Shown: positions 36,132 to 47,712 of the stretch, in pieces
Layout: every line of letters starts with the position of its first letter
How positions within the stretch are numbered: the first letter of the stretch is position 1
NCBI GenBank assembly: GCA_044222185.1
Contig: JBGANV010000015.1
Coordinates: 1-47,712 of the forward strand
DNA length: 47,712 nucleotides
Source: Planctomycetota bacterium
GTDB taxonomy: Bacteria > Planctomycetota > GCA-002687715 > CAIWVZ01
Direction: 5' to 3'
Notes under the pieces: generated by a model
Told to the model about the DNA's origin: nothing
The model's input: only the letters and a program-made list of their open reading frames with translations
Database searches by the model: none
Made by a program: the position numbers and the translations under genes

Positions 36132-36638
36132 ATGGACCCCATCGATTCTCCTGCGTTCGTCGTCAGGAACTCTCGCCGCCAGTACATACTGCTCTTGCTC
36201 GCGTGCGTGGCGTTCTGCGGCATCGGGGCGCGGCTCATCGCCAGCGGGGATCGGAGCTGCGCGACCTGGGTGCCGCTCGCGCTCTTCGGGGGACTCGGCA
36301 TCCCTACCGCCGTCAGGCAGCTCGTGGATAGGCGTCCACGGCTCGTGCTCGACCGGGAGGGCGTGATGGATCGCACGTTGAAAGTCGGTGTGATCCCCTG
36401 GGCCGAGATCGAGGATGCGCAACTCGTGTCGATGTTTGGTCAGGAGTTCATCGCGCTGAGTCTTCGCGACCCGACGATGTTCACCGAACGATGGAGCCCG
36501 TTCTGGAAGAAACTCGCGGCCGTGAACCGAAGACTGGCCGGGTCCGAGCTGAACGTGAACCTCTCCGGGCTCCCGATCCGAGGACCGGAAGTCCTGAAGT
36601 TCATCCACGCCGCGTGCGAAAGGGCGCGACGAGCTTGA
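36132..36638 (+). CDS. Two-TM membrane protein with PH-like domain (STM3941-like)
   Basis: Two TM helices, then PRLVLDREGVMDRTLKVGVIPWAEIEDAQLVSMFGQEFIALSLRDP, which resembles the STM3941/bPH-type family from memory. Confidence 0.75.
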   Translation: MDPIDSPAFVVRNSRRQYILLLLACVAFCGIGARLIASGDRSCATWVPLALFGGLGIPTAVRQLVDRRPRLVLDREGVMDRTLKVGVIPWAEIEDAQLVSMFGQEFIALSLRDPTMFTERWSPFWKKLAAVNRRLAGSELNVNLSGLPIRGPEVLKFIHAACERARRA

Positions 36639-36848
36639 CGACGCGGCCTGGCTTTCGCGCGGTCAAGCGCCGCGGCGCGCTCCGTCTTGCTCTCCGAGCA
36701 GCGTGGCGAAGAGCGAGCAACCGGTGGCTGCTGGTCACCCGTCGCGCCCGGGGCAACACGTCGTCGTCGGGCACTGCCTCTGGCGGGCGATGCGTGTGGG
36801 ACCGACGGAGTCTCTGCGCGGCGGCTGCATCTCGAGGAAGGGATCGCC

Positions 36849-39800
36849 ATGGTTGAGTCCGAGCCGGATCCTCCACGTCGTCACGGGGTGTTCATCTCCT
36901 ACGCGCGTGACGACGACGAAGCGTTTGCGAAACGCTTGTGGCGTGACCTCGAGGCAAACGGAATTGCAGTCTGGTGGGATCGCGAGTCCATGGAGAGTCG
37001 CGGCCTCTCCTTCCTCCGCGAGATCCGCGATGCGATCACCAGCGCGGAACGTCTGCTCTTGATCGTCGGCCCGATGGCAGGTCGCAGTGCGTATGTCGAG
37101 TGTGAATGGCGGCACGCCCTGCGCGAGGGCGTCGTGGTGACACCCTTGCTCCGCGGTGGCGACCGTGCGGACGTCCCGCTGGCGCTCCGTTCATTGCACT
37201 GCGAAGACGTCGGCCCGCACGTGGCGGAGTTCGAAGCCCTGGCGAAAGTCCGACGGATCGTCAGCACGCCGGTCCCTGTCCTCGGCCGCCTCGTCGGTGT
37301 TCCGCGCCTGCCGAGTCCCTACGTCGACAGGCCGGAGAGACTCGATCGCCTGCGCTCACGCGTGCTGATCGATTCCCTGGAGCCAGTCGACTTGGAGGCA
37401 GATCACCGCATCACGGCACTGACCGGGATGGGGGGAATCGGCAAGAGCGTGCTGGCGGCGGCCCTCGTGCACGCTCCTGACGTGCGGCGCTCGTTCACGG
37501 ACGGCATCTTCTGGGTGACTCTTCGCCGTGACCCCGATGTCCTGCGGGGGATGAGGCGCGTGGGCCTCGCTCTCGGCGCCGACGACGTGAGCCGCTACGA
37601 CAACGTTCCCGATGCGCGGCTGCTTCTCTCGAAGACCCTCGCCGGCAGGAACTGCCTCATCGTCTTGGACGACGTCGTCGAACCGAGCCTCGTGGAGGCG
37701 TTGCACACGGCAGCGAGCAAGCGCGTTCACCTGCTCCTCACGAGTCGGACACGAACGCTGTTCGCGTCGGCTGGCTCATTCGAGGTCCCAGTCGACGAGC
37801 TCGATGAAACCGCGGCACGCGAGCTCCTGGCGTCCTGGGTCCAGATTCCCGTGGACGGGCTGCCCGCGGAGGCCGCAGAGATCATCGAGGAGTGTGGCCG
37901 GCTTCCGCTCGCCATCTCCATGATCGGCGCCACGATTCGCGGGCGTGCAGACGGTTGGACGTACGCGCTCGAACGTCTTCGCCGGGCGGATCTCTCGAAG
38001 ATCGGCCGGAAGCTGCCCGACTACGAGCATGAATCGCTCGACCGCGCCATGCTCGTGAGTTTCGAGGACCTCGATCCGCTGTACCGCCAGCGGTACCTCG
38101 ATTTCGTCGCGATTCCGGAAGACGTGGCTGCGCCATCACGGATGCTGCGCGCCTGGTGGAGCCAGGAGGGCATGGACGATCTGGACGCGTCCGACGTGCT
38201 GCAGCATCTCGTCGACCGTTCCTTGCTGCGGATGGATGCTCACGACGCCTGCACCGTCCACGACGTGCAACGTGACTTCCTCGCGATGCGCGCAGACGAG
38301 CGCGGGCTTCACATCCGCTGGCTCGCTGCATTCGCGGCGCGGTCGCCGGGCGGGTGGGCGTCCAGCGACGATGACGGCTATCTCTTCGATCACCTCGGCC
38401 ACCACCTCGTCGGTGCGGAGCGCGCGCCGGAGTGGACCGAGCTGCTGACGTCCTTCGAGTGGCTCGCGCGAAAGTCCAGCGTGCGAGGCTTCTCCGCGGC
38501 GTTGCTGGATCTTGCCGAGCAGTCGCAGGACGGACGGGTCCGCCTGCTCTCGCAGATCTGCCGACGCGTCGCGCACGTCCTCACGCATGATCCGTCGCAG
38601 CTTGCGGCGCAACTGCTGGCGCGCATCGACCCGGAGGCCCACGGCGGCACGTTCGGCAGGCTTCTCGACGGGGCGCGTGCCTGGCGCCAGTCGCCTTGGC
38701 TCAGGCCGCTGACCGTATCGATGGCCGACGATGGGGAGCCCACGATCGTGGTGTTCCACGGGCACCAGGCCGATGGACATGCAGGCACACCCCGAAGCCT
38801 GGCGCTTTCCGTCGATGGCAGCCTGATCGCCTCCGGTGGAGGATCGAGCAACGACCCCACGATCAAGATCTGGTCGGTCGGCGCCGCGCGCCTGCTTCGA
38901 ACGTACCGCGGCGCGGTCGAAGCTGGCGGCTGCACGCGGCTCGCTTTCACCGGGCGGGATGGGCGAATCGTCGGTGCGACGCGACGTGAGCTTCGCCTCT
39001 ACGTACTCGATCACGACGAACCCGTCGCTCGGTGCGAGCTCGGCGGCGCAACCGTCGGTCCCATCTGCGGTGGCAACGCGCGCGTCGTCTTTGCAGGACT
39101 GGACGATGGCCGGGTGCTCGCCTGGGACGGAGCGTCCGAGCCGATCACGCTCCGGCCAGCGTCGGGCGACGGCGTCTTGGCGATCGCGCGTGCCGCGGGC
39201 TCGCGCCGGATCGCGATCATCACGACCGCCGCCGTCGAATGCCGCGATGCCGACGACGGCTCGTTGATCGGTCGACTGGACGAGCCCGGGGGCCATGCGG
39301 GATCGGGATGGAACGCGCCCCCGGTCGCGATCGTCCCAGATGGCTCCCGCGTGCTGTTCGGGAGTGACCTTCGGACGTGGACGATTGGTGAGCCCGCTTC
39401 GACTCCCGCGTCGCAAGTGGTGCGCGTGGACCGCGTGATCGCCGTTGCGGGTAACGGCGATGTCGCTTTCGTTCAGAGCGGAGGCAAGGAGATCACGGCC
39501 ATGGAGCTCGGATCGGGGCGGAAGACGGGGCGGATCAGCAACTCGCGGGAATTCTCGTGCGTCGTGCCGAGTCTCGACGGGCAGCTGGTCGCGACCGGTG
39601 ATTTCGAGCATGACGTGAAGCTCTGGGATGTCACATGCGCAGGCGCGGAACCACCTGCCTGGCAGCGCCGCGGCCGCGCGAGTCTCGTCGCGTTCCCCGA
39701 TGACCCGACGTCAGTCGTCGTCGTCACACCAAGTGGCGCGGAGGTCTGGGACAGGACGAACGGCAAGCTGCGTGGAGATCTCGCGCAGAGTCCCGCGAGC

Positions 39801-40457
39801 GCGAGTCTGCGATACGGGGGGCCGATACACGACGGGCAGAAAGCCCGGCAAGTGAGGTCGCGCTTGATCGAGGCTCTCGGACGGGATGGGTCGACTGATC
39901 TGCTGCAACAGGAGGTCCCTGCGGGCGTGCTTGCAATCGCGGCCGCTGCATCCCGTGCCGTGTCGGCCACGTTCTTGAACGCGAAGATCGGGGACCGGCA
40001 GGAATCCGGCTGCGGAGGCGACGGCGACGGCCATCCGCTCCACCTCTGGGATTTGAACGATCCACGGAACCCGATCCTGCTGCATGGACATACCGAGCCC
40101 GTCGATTGCCTCGCGATCACGCCGGACGGCAAGTACGCGCTCAGCGGGTCGCGCGGGCGCGTGCTCCGTTTCTGGGATCTGGACGGCCGCAAACATCTTC
40201 ACCGTCTCGCGGGGCACGCCGGGGAAGTGTTCTGCTGCGCGCTGTCCGAGAGTGGACGGCTGGCGGTATCCGGGTCCGAGGACATGACGCTCCGCCTCTG
40301 GGATCTCCGAAAGGGTGCGCTGCTGTTCACGTTTGCGACGTCGAGCGCCGTCACCGCCTGCGACATCGCACGCGACGGTTCGGCGGTCATCGCGGCGGAG
40401 ACTTCGGGGCGCGTCCACCTGTTCCGGGTCGAGAACCTGCCGGCACCGGCGCCCTGA
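36849..40457 (+). CDS. Apaf-1-like STAND protein: TIR, NB-ARC, APAF-1 helical domain, WD40
   Basis: TIR: VFISYARDDDEAFA..L..DL, VWWDRESM, SAYVECEW. NB-ARC: Walker A GMGGIGKS, FTDGIFWV, Walker B LIVLDDV, LLTSR, CGRLPLAI, VHD (MHD motif). Helical domain YLFDHLGHHL...LLTSFEWL. WD40 repeats such as GHTEPVDCLAITPDG. Confidence 0.93.
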   Translation: MVESEPDPPRRHGVFISYARDDDEAFAKRLWRDLEANGIAVWWDRESMESRGLSFLREIRDAITSAERLLLIVGPMAGRSAYVECEWRHALREGVVVTPLLRGGDRADVPLALRSLHCEDVGPHVAEFEALAKVRRIVSTPVPVLGRLVGVPRLPSPYVDRPERLDRLRSRVLIDSLEPVDLEADHRITALTGMGGIGKSVLAAALVHAPDVRRSFTDGIFWVTLRRDPDVLRGMRRVGLALGADDVSRYDNVPDARLLLSKTLAGRNCLIVLDDVVEPSLVEALHTAASKRVHLLLTSRTRTLFASAGSFEVPVDELDETAARELLASWVQIPVDGLPAEAAEIIEECGRLPLAISMIGATIRGRADGWTYALERLRRADLSKIGRKLPDYEHESLDRAMLVSFEDLDPLYRQRYLDFVAIPEDVAAPSRMLRAWWSQEGMDDLDASDVLQHLVDRSLLRMDAHDACTVHDVQRDFLAMRADERGLHIRWLAAFAARSPGGWASSDDDGYLFDHLGHHLVGAERAPEWTELLTSFEWLARKSSVRGFSAALLDLAEQSQDGRVRLLSQICRRVAHVLTHDPSQLAAQLLARIDPEAHGGTFGRLLDGARAWRQSPWLRPLTVSMADDGEPTIVVFHGHQADGHAGTPRSLALSVDGSLIASGGGSSNDPTIKIWSVGAARLLRTYRGAVEAGGCTRLAFTGRDGRIVGATRRELRLYVLDHDEPVARCELGGATVGPICGGNARVVFAGLDDGRVLAWDGASEPITLRPASGDGVLAIARAAGSRRIAIITTAAVECRDADDGSLIGRLDEPGGHAGSGWNAPPVAIVPDGSRVLFGSDLRTWTIGEPASTPASQVVRVDRVIAVAGNGDVAFVQSGGKEITAMELGSGRKTGRISNSREFSCVVPSLDGQLVATGDFEHDVKLWDVTCAGAEPPAWQRRGRASLVAFPDDPTSVVVVTPSGAEVWDRTNGKLRGDLAQSPASASLRYGGPIHDGQKARQVRSRLIEALGRDGSTDLLQQEVPAGVLAIAAAASRAVSATFLNAKIGDRQESGCGGDGDGHPLHLWDLNDPRNPILLHGHTEPVDCLAITPDGKYALSGSRGRVLRFWDLDGRKHLHRLAGHAGEVFCCALSESGRLAVSGSEDMTLRLWDLRKGALLFTFATSSAVTACDIARDGSAVIAAETSGRVHLFRVENLPAPAP

Positions 40458-40489
40458 ATGCGGAAGCCACCTGGCGCCTGATCACCCGC

Positions 40490-43252
<2,763 letters not shown>

Positions 43253-43275
43253 CTTCGATGTTCCGGTCGGCGGCG

Positions 43276-43284
43276 AGCTTACCA
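43276..43284 (-). promoter_or_regulatory. Extended -10 promoter element for the kinase gene
   Basis: TG-G-TAAGCT on the minus strand, 23 nt upstream of ATG 43252. Confidence 0.4.
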
Positions 43285-43697
43285 TGCCTCCGAGGGGTCG
43301 CTGTCGATCACGGCTGCGTGCGACGGCTCGCCGTCGATCGGTGGGCGGGGCGTCGTGCGGCGAGCTCGACGCTGGTGCCGGAGCGGCGGGTCGCGAACCC
43401 GACCGAGGCAATTCGGACTCGCGTGCCGTATTTGCAGCGTGGTGTATCCGCCGCAGCCGGCGACGGCGTTTGAGGGTCGTCGAGACCCCGAGTTCACCGA
43501 TCGGGTCTGCCCGTGGTCCCGAGAGGTGGATCTTCACGCGTGATGGCGTAACAGCGTGACGTGATGGAACGCGCGGTGGGTCCTATCGTGAGCGTCGTGG
43601 GCGCGAATCCCGCGGGGGCGCATGGGGCGACTCGCTCGGATCGAGCCCGGCTCGAAGTCGCCAAGATGGCAAGGCACCCGCGCGACTCGGCACGACG

Positions 43698-44132
43698 ATG
43701 AGAAACGGCTGTCATACGAGGGAGCGCGAGGTCGTATGGGTCACGTTGGCCCAGTTCTGGGTCGACACGGAGTATGACTCTGCCGAACTCGACCGCCTCG
43801 CCGCCCGGATCGCCGCGTGCGGCTTCTCCACGGCTGAACTCGAACGAATCGCGTTCGAGGAGGTGTGCGGGGCCTTTGCTGCGGACACGCTCTTCATCCC
43901 CTTCGGAGGTTGGATGGCGATGCCGTTCCATGACTATCCCGAGCCGGAGGCGAGGACGAAGGTGGGGCGCTTCGTGCGGCGGCCCCGGCTTCTCTCGTGG
44001 ATCAATCCTCTGTGGTGGATCGGCTATCGCGCGGCGCGACGCCATCTCGCCCCGGAATGGCGGGAGCTTCGGACGCGCATCGACGGCATGACGTCGGATC
44101 CGGGCGGATCGCAGGGCCGAACGCGCCAGTGA
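43698..44132 (+). CDS. Conserved hypothetical protein (DUF7079-like)
   Basis: REVVWVTLAQFWVDTEYDSAELDRLAARIAACGFSTAELERIAFEEV resembles that family from memory. Confidence 0.7.
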   Translation: MRNGCHTREREVVWVTLAQFWVDTEYDSAELDRLAARIAACGFSTAELERIAFEEVCGAFAADTLFIPFGGWMAMPFHDYPEPEARTKVGRFVRRPRLLSWINPLWWIGYRAARRHLAPEWRELRTRIDGMTSDPGGSQGRTRQ

Positions 44133-44392
44133 CCGGGCGGCGGTCGGAGGCTCGCGGCCGGTCGTGACCGATCGACGGTGCCGGCGAACGGCTGGGGTGC
44201 GGCCGCGCCGCGGTCCAGGGCACCGTCGTCTTCCCGAGTGGTCCAAATCCCTGGTGGATGCACGGCGACGCCGCGCGCCGAGGACGATCGGCGCTTGCCT
44301 CGCGCCCACCGAGCAGGGTTTGGCGGCCGATGTTGGGCTTGCGCGGCCCGTGCCCCGGCGGCGATGATCTGCGCCACGGAGGATCGAGTCGC

Positions 44393-44983
44393 ATGGAACT
44401 CGACGAGGAAACACGCGGAGGATTTGGGGTCGCGCTGAATGAGTCCGACTTGCTGGGACTCGAGGTCGACCCTGCTCGAAGGATCGCGGCGGCGACGTTT
44501 CGTGTCCTGACGCTGCCAGAGAGCGGGCCGCCACCCGAGGACCGTCGTGTCCAGGTCCTCTTCCATTCCGTCGAGCGCGTCGTCGCCTCACTTCGCGAGG
44601 GAGTTCCCGATGCCGAAACCGTCGTGCCGTTCGAACTCGGTGATCTCCTCGAGGTCGTCCGCTCATTCGGCGGGCTGCCGATCTACGGGTGGGACTTCAT
44701 CGACGTCGCCGATGCGACCGACGGTTGGCGCAAGGCGTTGAGTCTGGACTGGTCGACTGGAGCCGCGCAGCCGCGGCATTCGATCACGGTGTTCCAGGAA
44801 GGAACCTCGCGGCTCCTCGACGTGAGTCTCTGGTTCGACTGGCTGGAGATCCGCACGCCGGACGGCTCCGTGATCCCGATGGACGCTTTCATCGCCGGCG
44901 GCCGGCGATGGTGGGACGCGTTCCACCGCGGTGACCCGCGGACCGACGGCTTCGGACTCCAGTCGCTGCGTGGCGGCAACTGA
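44393..44983 (+). CDS. Conserved hypothetical protein
   Basis: GGAGG upstream of ATG 44393. Globular, aromatic-rich protein (ALNESDLLGLEVD, FGGLPIYGWDFID, GRRWWDAF..GDPRT). Confidence 0.8.
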   Translation: MELDEETRGGFGVALNESDLLGLEVDPARRIAAATFRVLTLPESGPPPEDRRVQVLFHSVERVVASLREGVPDAETVVPFELGDLLEVVRSFGGLPIYGWDFIDVADATDGWRKALSLDWSTGAAQPRHSITVFQEGTSRLLDVSLWFDWLEIRTPDGSVIPMDAFIAGGRRWWDAFHRGDPRTDGFGLQSLRGGN

Positions 44984-45238
44984 GCCGAAGGCGGAGGACC
45001 CGCGCACGCCACCCGGAGACGATCCGGCACGCCGCGCTCGCGTGCGTTTCCGGATCGGGTCTCCGCGCGCCGCATCGATGCCGCCGGATCGTCGACGACC
45101 TGCCTGGCGAACGCTCGGGTAGGATGCGACCGCGATCACGCCACCACCTGTCACCGGTCAGCCCGACCGGACTCGTGACGGGTGACGCGGCACGCTCGCG
45201 CCGAGGTCGAAACCAGGAAGGGTGATTCGAGTCCGCGC

Positions 45239-46603
45239 ATGACCCGCAGGAAGAAGAGCCGATCGACGGCGCGAGCGGCGCTCCAGAAGCACTTCGGCTC
45301 CCGTTCCGTCGACACGCTCGTCACGACCTCGCGGACGTTCCCCGTCACGATGCGGATCGACCTCCAACTCGCAGTCGAGCGCCTGTTCCGCGACGAGTAT
45401 CCGGCGGACGTGCGCGGTCTCCACACCGACTACGACCACGAGACGCTCGGGATCCCTCGTCTCGTCGCGGACGGCCCGATGCCCGTCGTTCTCGGCCCCG
45501 CCGCCTACGACGAAATCGACGTCGGCAATGCGATCCCGGCCCGCTGCCTCGTGCGCGGACTGTGGCTCGCGCGCTCCGGGAAGATGCCGTTCGCCGTGAT
45601 CGTCACGCCGGCAAGGCGGTTCGGCGACGCCAGCGGAGTCCACGTCGAGATTGCGGTGCCGACGAGCGAAGCTGGCGCTCGGTTGTCGCAAGGGTTCCTC
45701 GATCGGCTCGAGGGTCTCGTGAGGAAGTCCGGCTCCTACCGCGGGAAAGTGCTCTCTCTCGAAACCACGTCCCACTATCCGGGGCAAGCCGGAGCCGTGA
45801 AGGTGCATCGGCTCGCGGGCGTCGGTCGGCAGGACGTCATCCTGCCCGAAGCGACGCTGCGCCTCCTGGAGCGCAACGTGACCGGGTTCATCCGACAGCG
45901 CGTGCGCCTCCGCGAACTCGGTTTGCCGGTCAAGAAGGGGCTGCTCTTCAGCGGCCCTCCCGGGACCGGGAAGACGCACACGATTCACTACCTGGCCAGC
46001 CAGCTTCCCGACCACACGACGCTGCTCATCACGGCGGAACAGGTCGGCCTGCTCGCCGAGTACTTCCAGCTCGCGCGGTTCTTGCAGCCCGCGATGGTCG
46101 TGATCGAGGACGTCGATCTCATCGCACGCTCACGCGAGTCGATGCGTAGTGCGTGTGAAGAGTCCACCCTGAACAAGCTGCTGAACGAGATGGATGGACT
46201 CCGCGAGGACGCGGAGCTGTTGTTCGTGCTCACGACGAACCGCCCCGATCAACTCGAGGCCGCGCTCGCGTCCCGACCGGGAAGGATCGACCAGGTCATC
46301 GAGTTCCCGCTGCCGACCGCGGAGTGCCGCGCGCGACTCGTCGCGCTGTACGCGCGCGGGCTTCGCGTCTCCGAGCAGATCTCCGCGTCCATCGTCGGCC
46401 GCACCGAGGGCGCGAGCGCCGCATTCATCAAGGAGCTCATGCGCCGCGCGGGGCAGTTCTGCATCGAAAGTGGTCGCGGCGACGCGCTCCAGGATCGCCA
46501 CGTCGCGGACGCTCTGGAGGAGATGCTCTTTTCCGGTGGAGCGTTGAACCTGAAACTGCTCGGGGGCGGAGCTGTTGGGAGGTCGGATGTAGCCGAGTCG
46601 TGA
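45239..46603 (+). CDS. AAA+ ATPase (classic AAA clade) with N-terminal unknown domain
   Basis: KKGLLFSGPPGTGKT (Walker A), VVIEDVD (Walker B), LLNEMDG, and SRH TTNRPDQLEAALASRPGRID. Start could be 45182. Confidence 0.92.
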   Translation: MTRRKKSRSTARAALQKHFGSRSVDTLVTTSRTFPVTMRIDLQLAVERLFRDEYPADVRGLHTDYDHETLGIPRLVADGPMPVVLGPAAYDEIDVGNAIPARCLVRGLWLARSGKMPFAVIVTPARRFGDASGVHVEIAVPTSEAGARLSQGFLDRLEGLVRKSGSYRGKVLSLETTSHYPGQAGAVKVHRLAGVGRQDVILPEATLRLLERNVTGFIRQRVRLRELGLPVKKGLLFSGPPGTGKTHTIHYLASQLPDHTTLLITAEQVGLLAEYFQLARFLQPAMVVIEDVDLIARSRESMRSACEESTLNKLLNEMDGLREDAELLFVLTTNRPDQLEAALASRPGRIDQVIEFPLPTAECRARLVALYARGLRVSEQISASIVGRTEGASAAFIKELMRRAGQFCIESGRGDALQDRHVADALEEMLFSGGALNLKLLGGGAVGRSDVAES

Positions 46604-46654
46604 ATATGACGGGGTTCGCCGCCGCAGGTTCAGCGCTGTAGACTGCTGCGACGA

Positions 46655-47371
46655 ATGGCCGAGCCGCCGCACACCGATCCGCCACCGCTCGTCACCGGCT
46701 TTCGCCTGATCTTCGGGCTCGTCGTGCCCGCGATCTGCGTCATCACGGACCCTGCGGTGTTTCGCAGCCACGCGTTCCTGGGGCCTGGGTTCCTGCAGGC
46801 ATACAGGGTTGCTTGCTGGTTCACCATCCTTCTCGAAGGCGTGGCGCTGTCGCTCGTCTTCCTCGGGATCGTCCGCAGCAGGGTTGCGACGATCTTCTTC
46901 TCCGGCGTCCTGTTTGCGGGCGCGGTGTTCTCCTTGGCGCTCGGGGTCACGATGCTGCCACTCTCGGTCATCGGACTCCTCATGATGATCGGAATCCTGG
47001 GGTTCGCCCCGTTCTTGACGGCGCTCGCTTGCTATCGGACGGCGACGGCGCTTGCCCGTCGGGCTCCCCTTGGTCCGTCGTGTTCACGGGCAAGACGGTA
47101 CTGGCTTCTGGCGGCGGGCTTCCTGGCCGTGATCGTGCCGGCCGTTTCGATCCAGGCGTGGATCGAGATCAAGACCGGGCGGGTCATCCAGGCACTTCGC
47201 AGCTCCGACCAGGCGATCGTCGACCGCGCCATGTCCGAGATCGATCGCGATGGGTTCTTCCTATCCGGCACGCGCGTCGCGGCTGCGAGGCTCGTCGAGC
47301 CCGATGAAGCCGCTCGCGGAAGGCTTGAACGCGGCGCCGAGGCGCTGGGGATCTTCATCCGCACGGATTGA
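46655..47371 (+). CDS. Polytopic membrane protein, hypothetical
   Basis: About five TM segments (FGLVVPAICVITDPAVF, LPLSVIGLLMMIGILGFAPF). TAGACT lies 10 nt before the ATG. Confidence 0.8.
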   Translation: MAEPPHTDPPPLVTGFRLIFGLVVPAICVITDPAVFRSHAFLGPGFLQAYRVACWFTILLEGVALSLVFLGIVRSRVATIFFSGVLFAGAVFSLALGVTMLPLSVIGLLMMIGILGFAPFLTALACYRTATALARRAPLGPSCSRARRYWLLAAGFLAVIVPAVSIQAWIEIKTGRVIQALRSSDQAIVDRAMSEIDRDGFFLSGTRVAAARLVEPDEAARGRLERGAEALGIFIRTD

Positions 47372-47521
47372 GGCGTCCGAAGGTCCGAGGGGCGCCGGAG
47401 TCGAAGGCCCGCGCATGCGTCGTGCCGACCCATGGCGCGGCTCCTGCATTTCGGCACGAGGTGCGTACGGACGCGAGTATGATCGCGCGCTGGGAACCGA
47501 GCGACGATCGGAGGGATCGCA

Positions 47522-47572
47522 ATGACACCAGCATGCGTTCGAACCTGGGCTACCCGCGCCGCGATCGCGGCA
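47522..47572 (+). pseudogene. 5' end of a gene interrupted by the IS
   Basis: TATGAT at 47478-47483, GGAGG at 47510-47514 and ATG at 47522, then 17 codons MTPACVRTWATRAAIAA directly abutting the IS terminal TGT. Confidence 0.55.
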
Positions 47573-47712
47573 TGTGGGTTCCGGAAATTCTGGCGGTCGT
47601 TTTCCGGATATTTTGGCGGTGTGAGAGGCGGGCTCGATGCTCGGAGACTTGACGATGTGCCGAGTCCGGTAGGACTGGCCGCGTAGTTCTATCAGACGAC
47701 CGCGAGCGAGGA
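47573..47712 (-). mobile_element. End of an insertion sequence (IS21-family-like), right copy, truncated by the window edge
   Basis: Begins TGTGGG. Direct repeats TTCCGGAAATTCTGGCGGT (47579-47597) and TTCCGGATATTTTGGCGGT (47602-47620). Identical to 1-139 in reverse complement. Confidence 0.7.

Noticed and set aside
43253-43537. N-terminal extensions in the ORF track (43537, 12390, 22833, 25885, 36687, 155)
   Set aside because: Downstream starts have SD or -10 signals and begin at the signal peptide or first domain; the extensions are low-complexity.
43560-45180. Integron attC sites between cassette-like genes
   Set aside because: The stems lack paired RYYYAAC/GTTRRRY boxes, do not resemble each other, and there is no integrase.

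Overview
High-GC bacterial DNA (roughly two-thirds G+C by eye), most likely from a Planctomycetota genome. This is inferred from ECF sigma/Ser-Thr kinase pairs with Planctomycete-type kinase N-termini and from the secreted-protein types. No housekeeping genes, RNA genes or CRISPR array are visible. Both ends of the window run into the same end of an IS21-like element in inverted orientation (1-139 is the reverse complement of 47573-47711), and the right copy interrupts a gene after 17 codons. The core holds two ECF sigma plus Hanks-kinase modules (WD40 and FGE-sulfatase sensor domains). These are surrounded by seven Sec-secreted proteins: an SBBP-propeller protein, two giant tandem paralogous adhesin-like proteins, two small jelly-roll-like proteins, an 82-aa-repeat/PKD protein and a TPR-thioredoxin. 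All seven predicted mature proteins begin with Gln. Five end in a related, unnamed ~110-130 aa C-terminal domain fused to unrelated cargo, which is the best candidate here for an undescribed sorting/secretion system. The flanks carry innate-immunity-like genes (a SEFIR-TM-CARDB receptor-like protein and an Apaf-1-like TIR-NB-ARC-WD40 protein), a third kinase, an AAA+ ATPase, small membrane or hypothetical genes and several gene remnants. All domain calls come from motifs recognised by eye; no searches were run.
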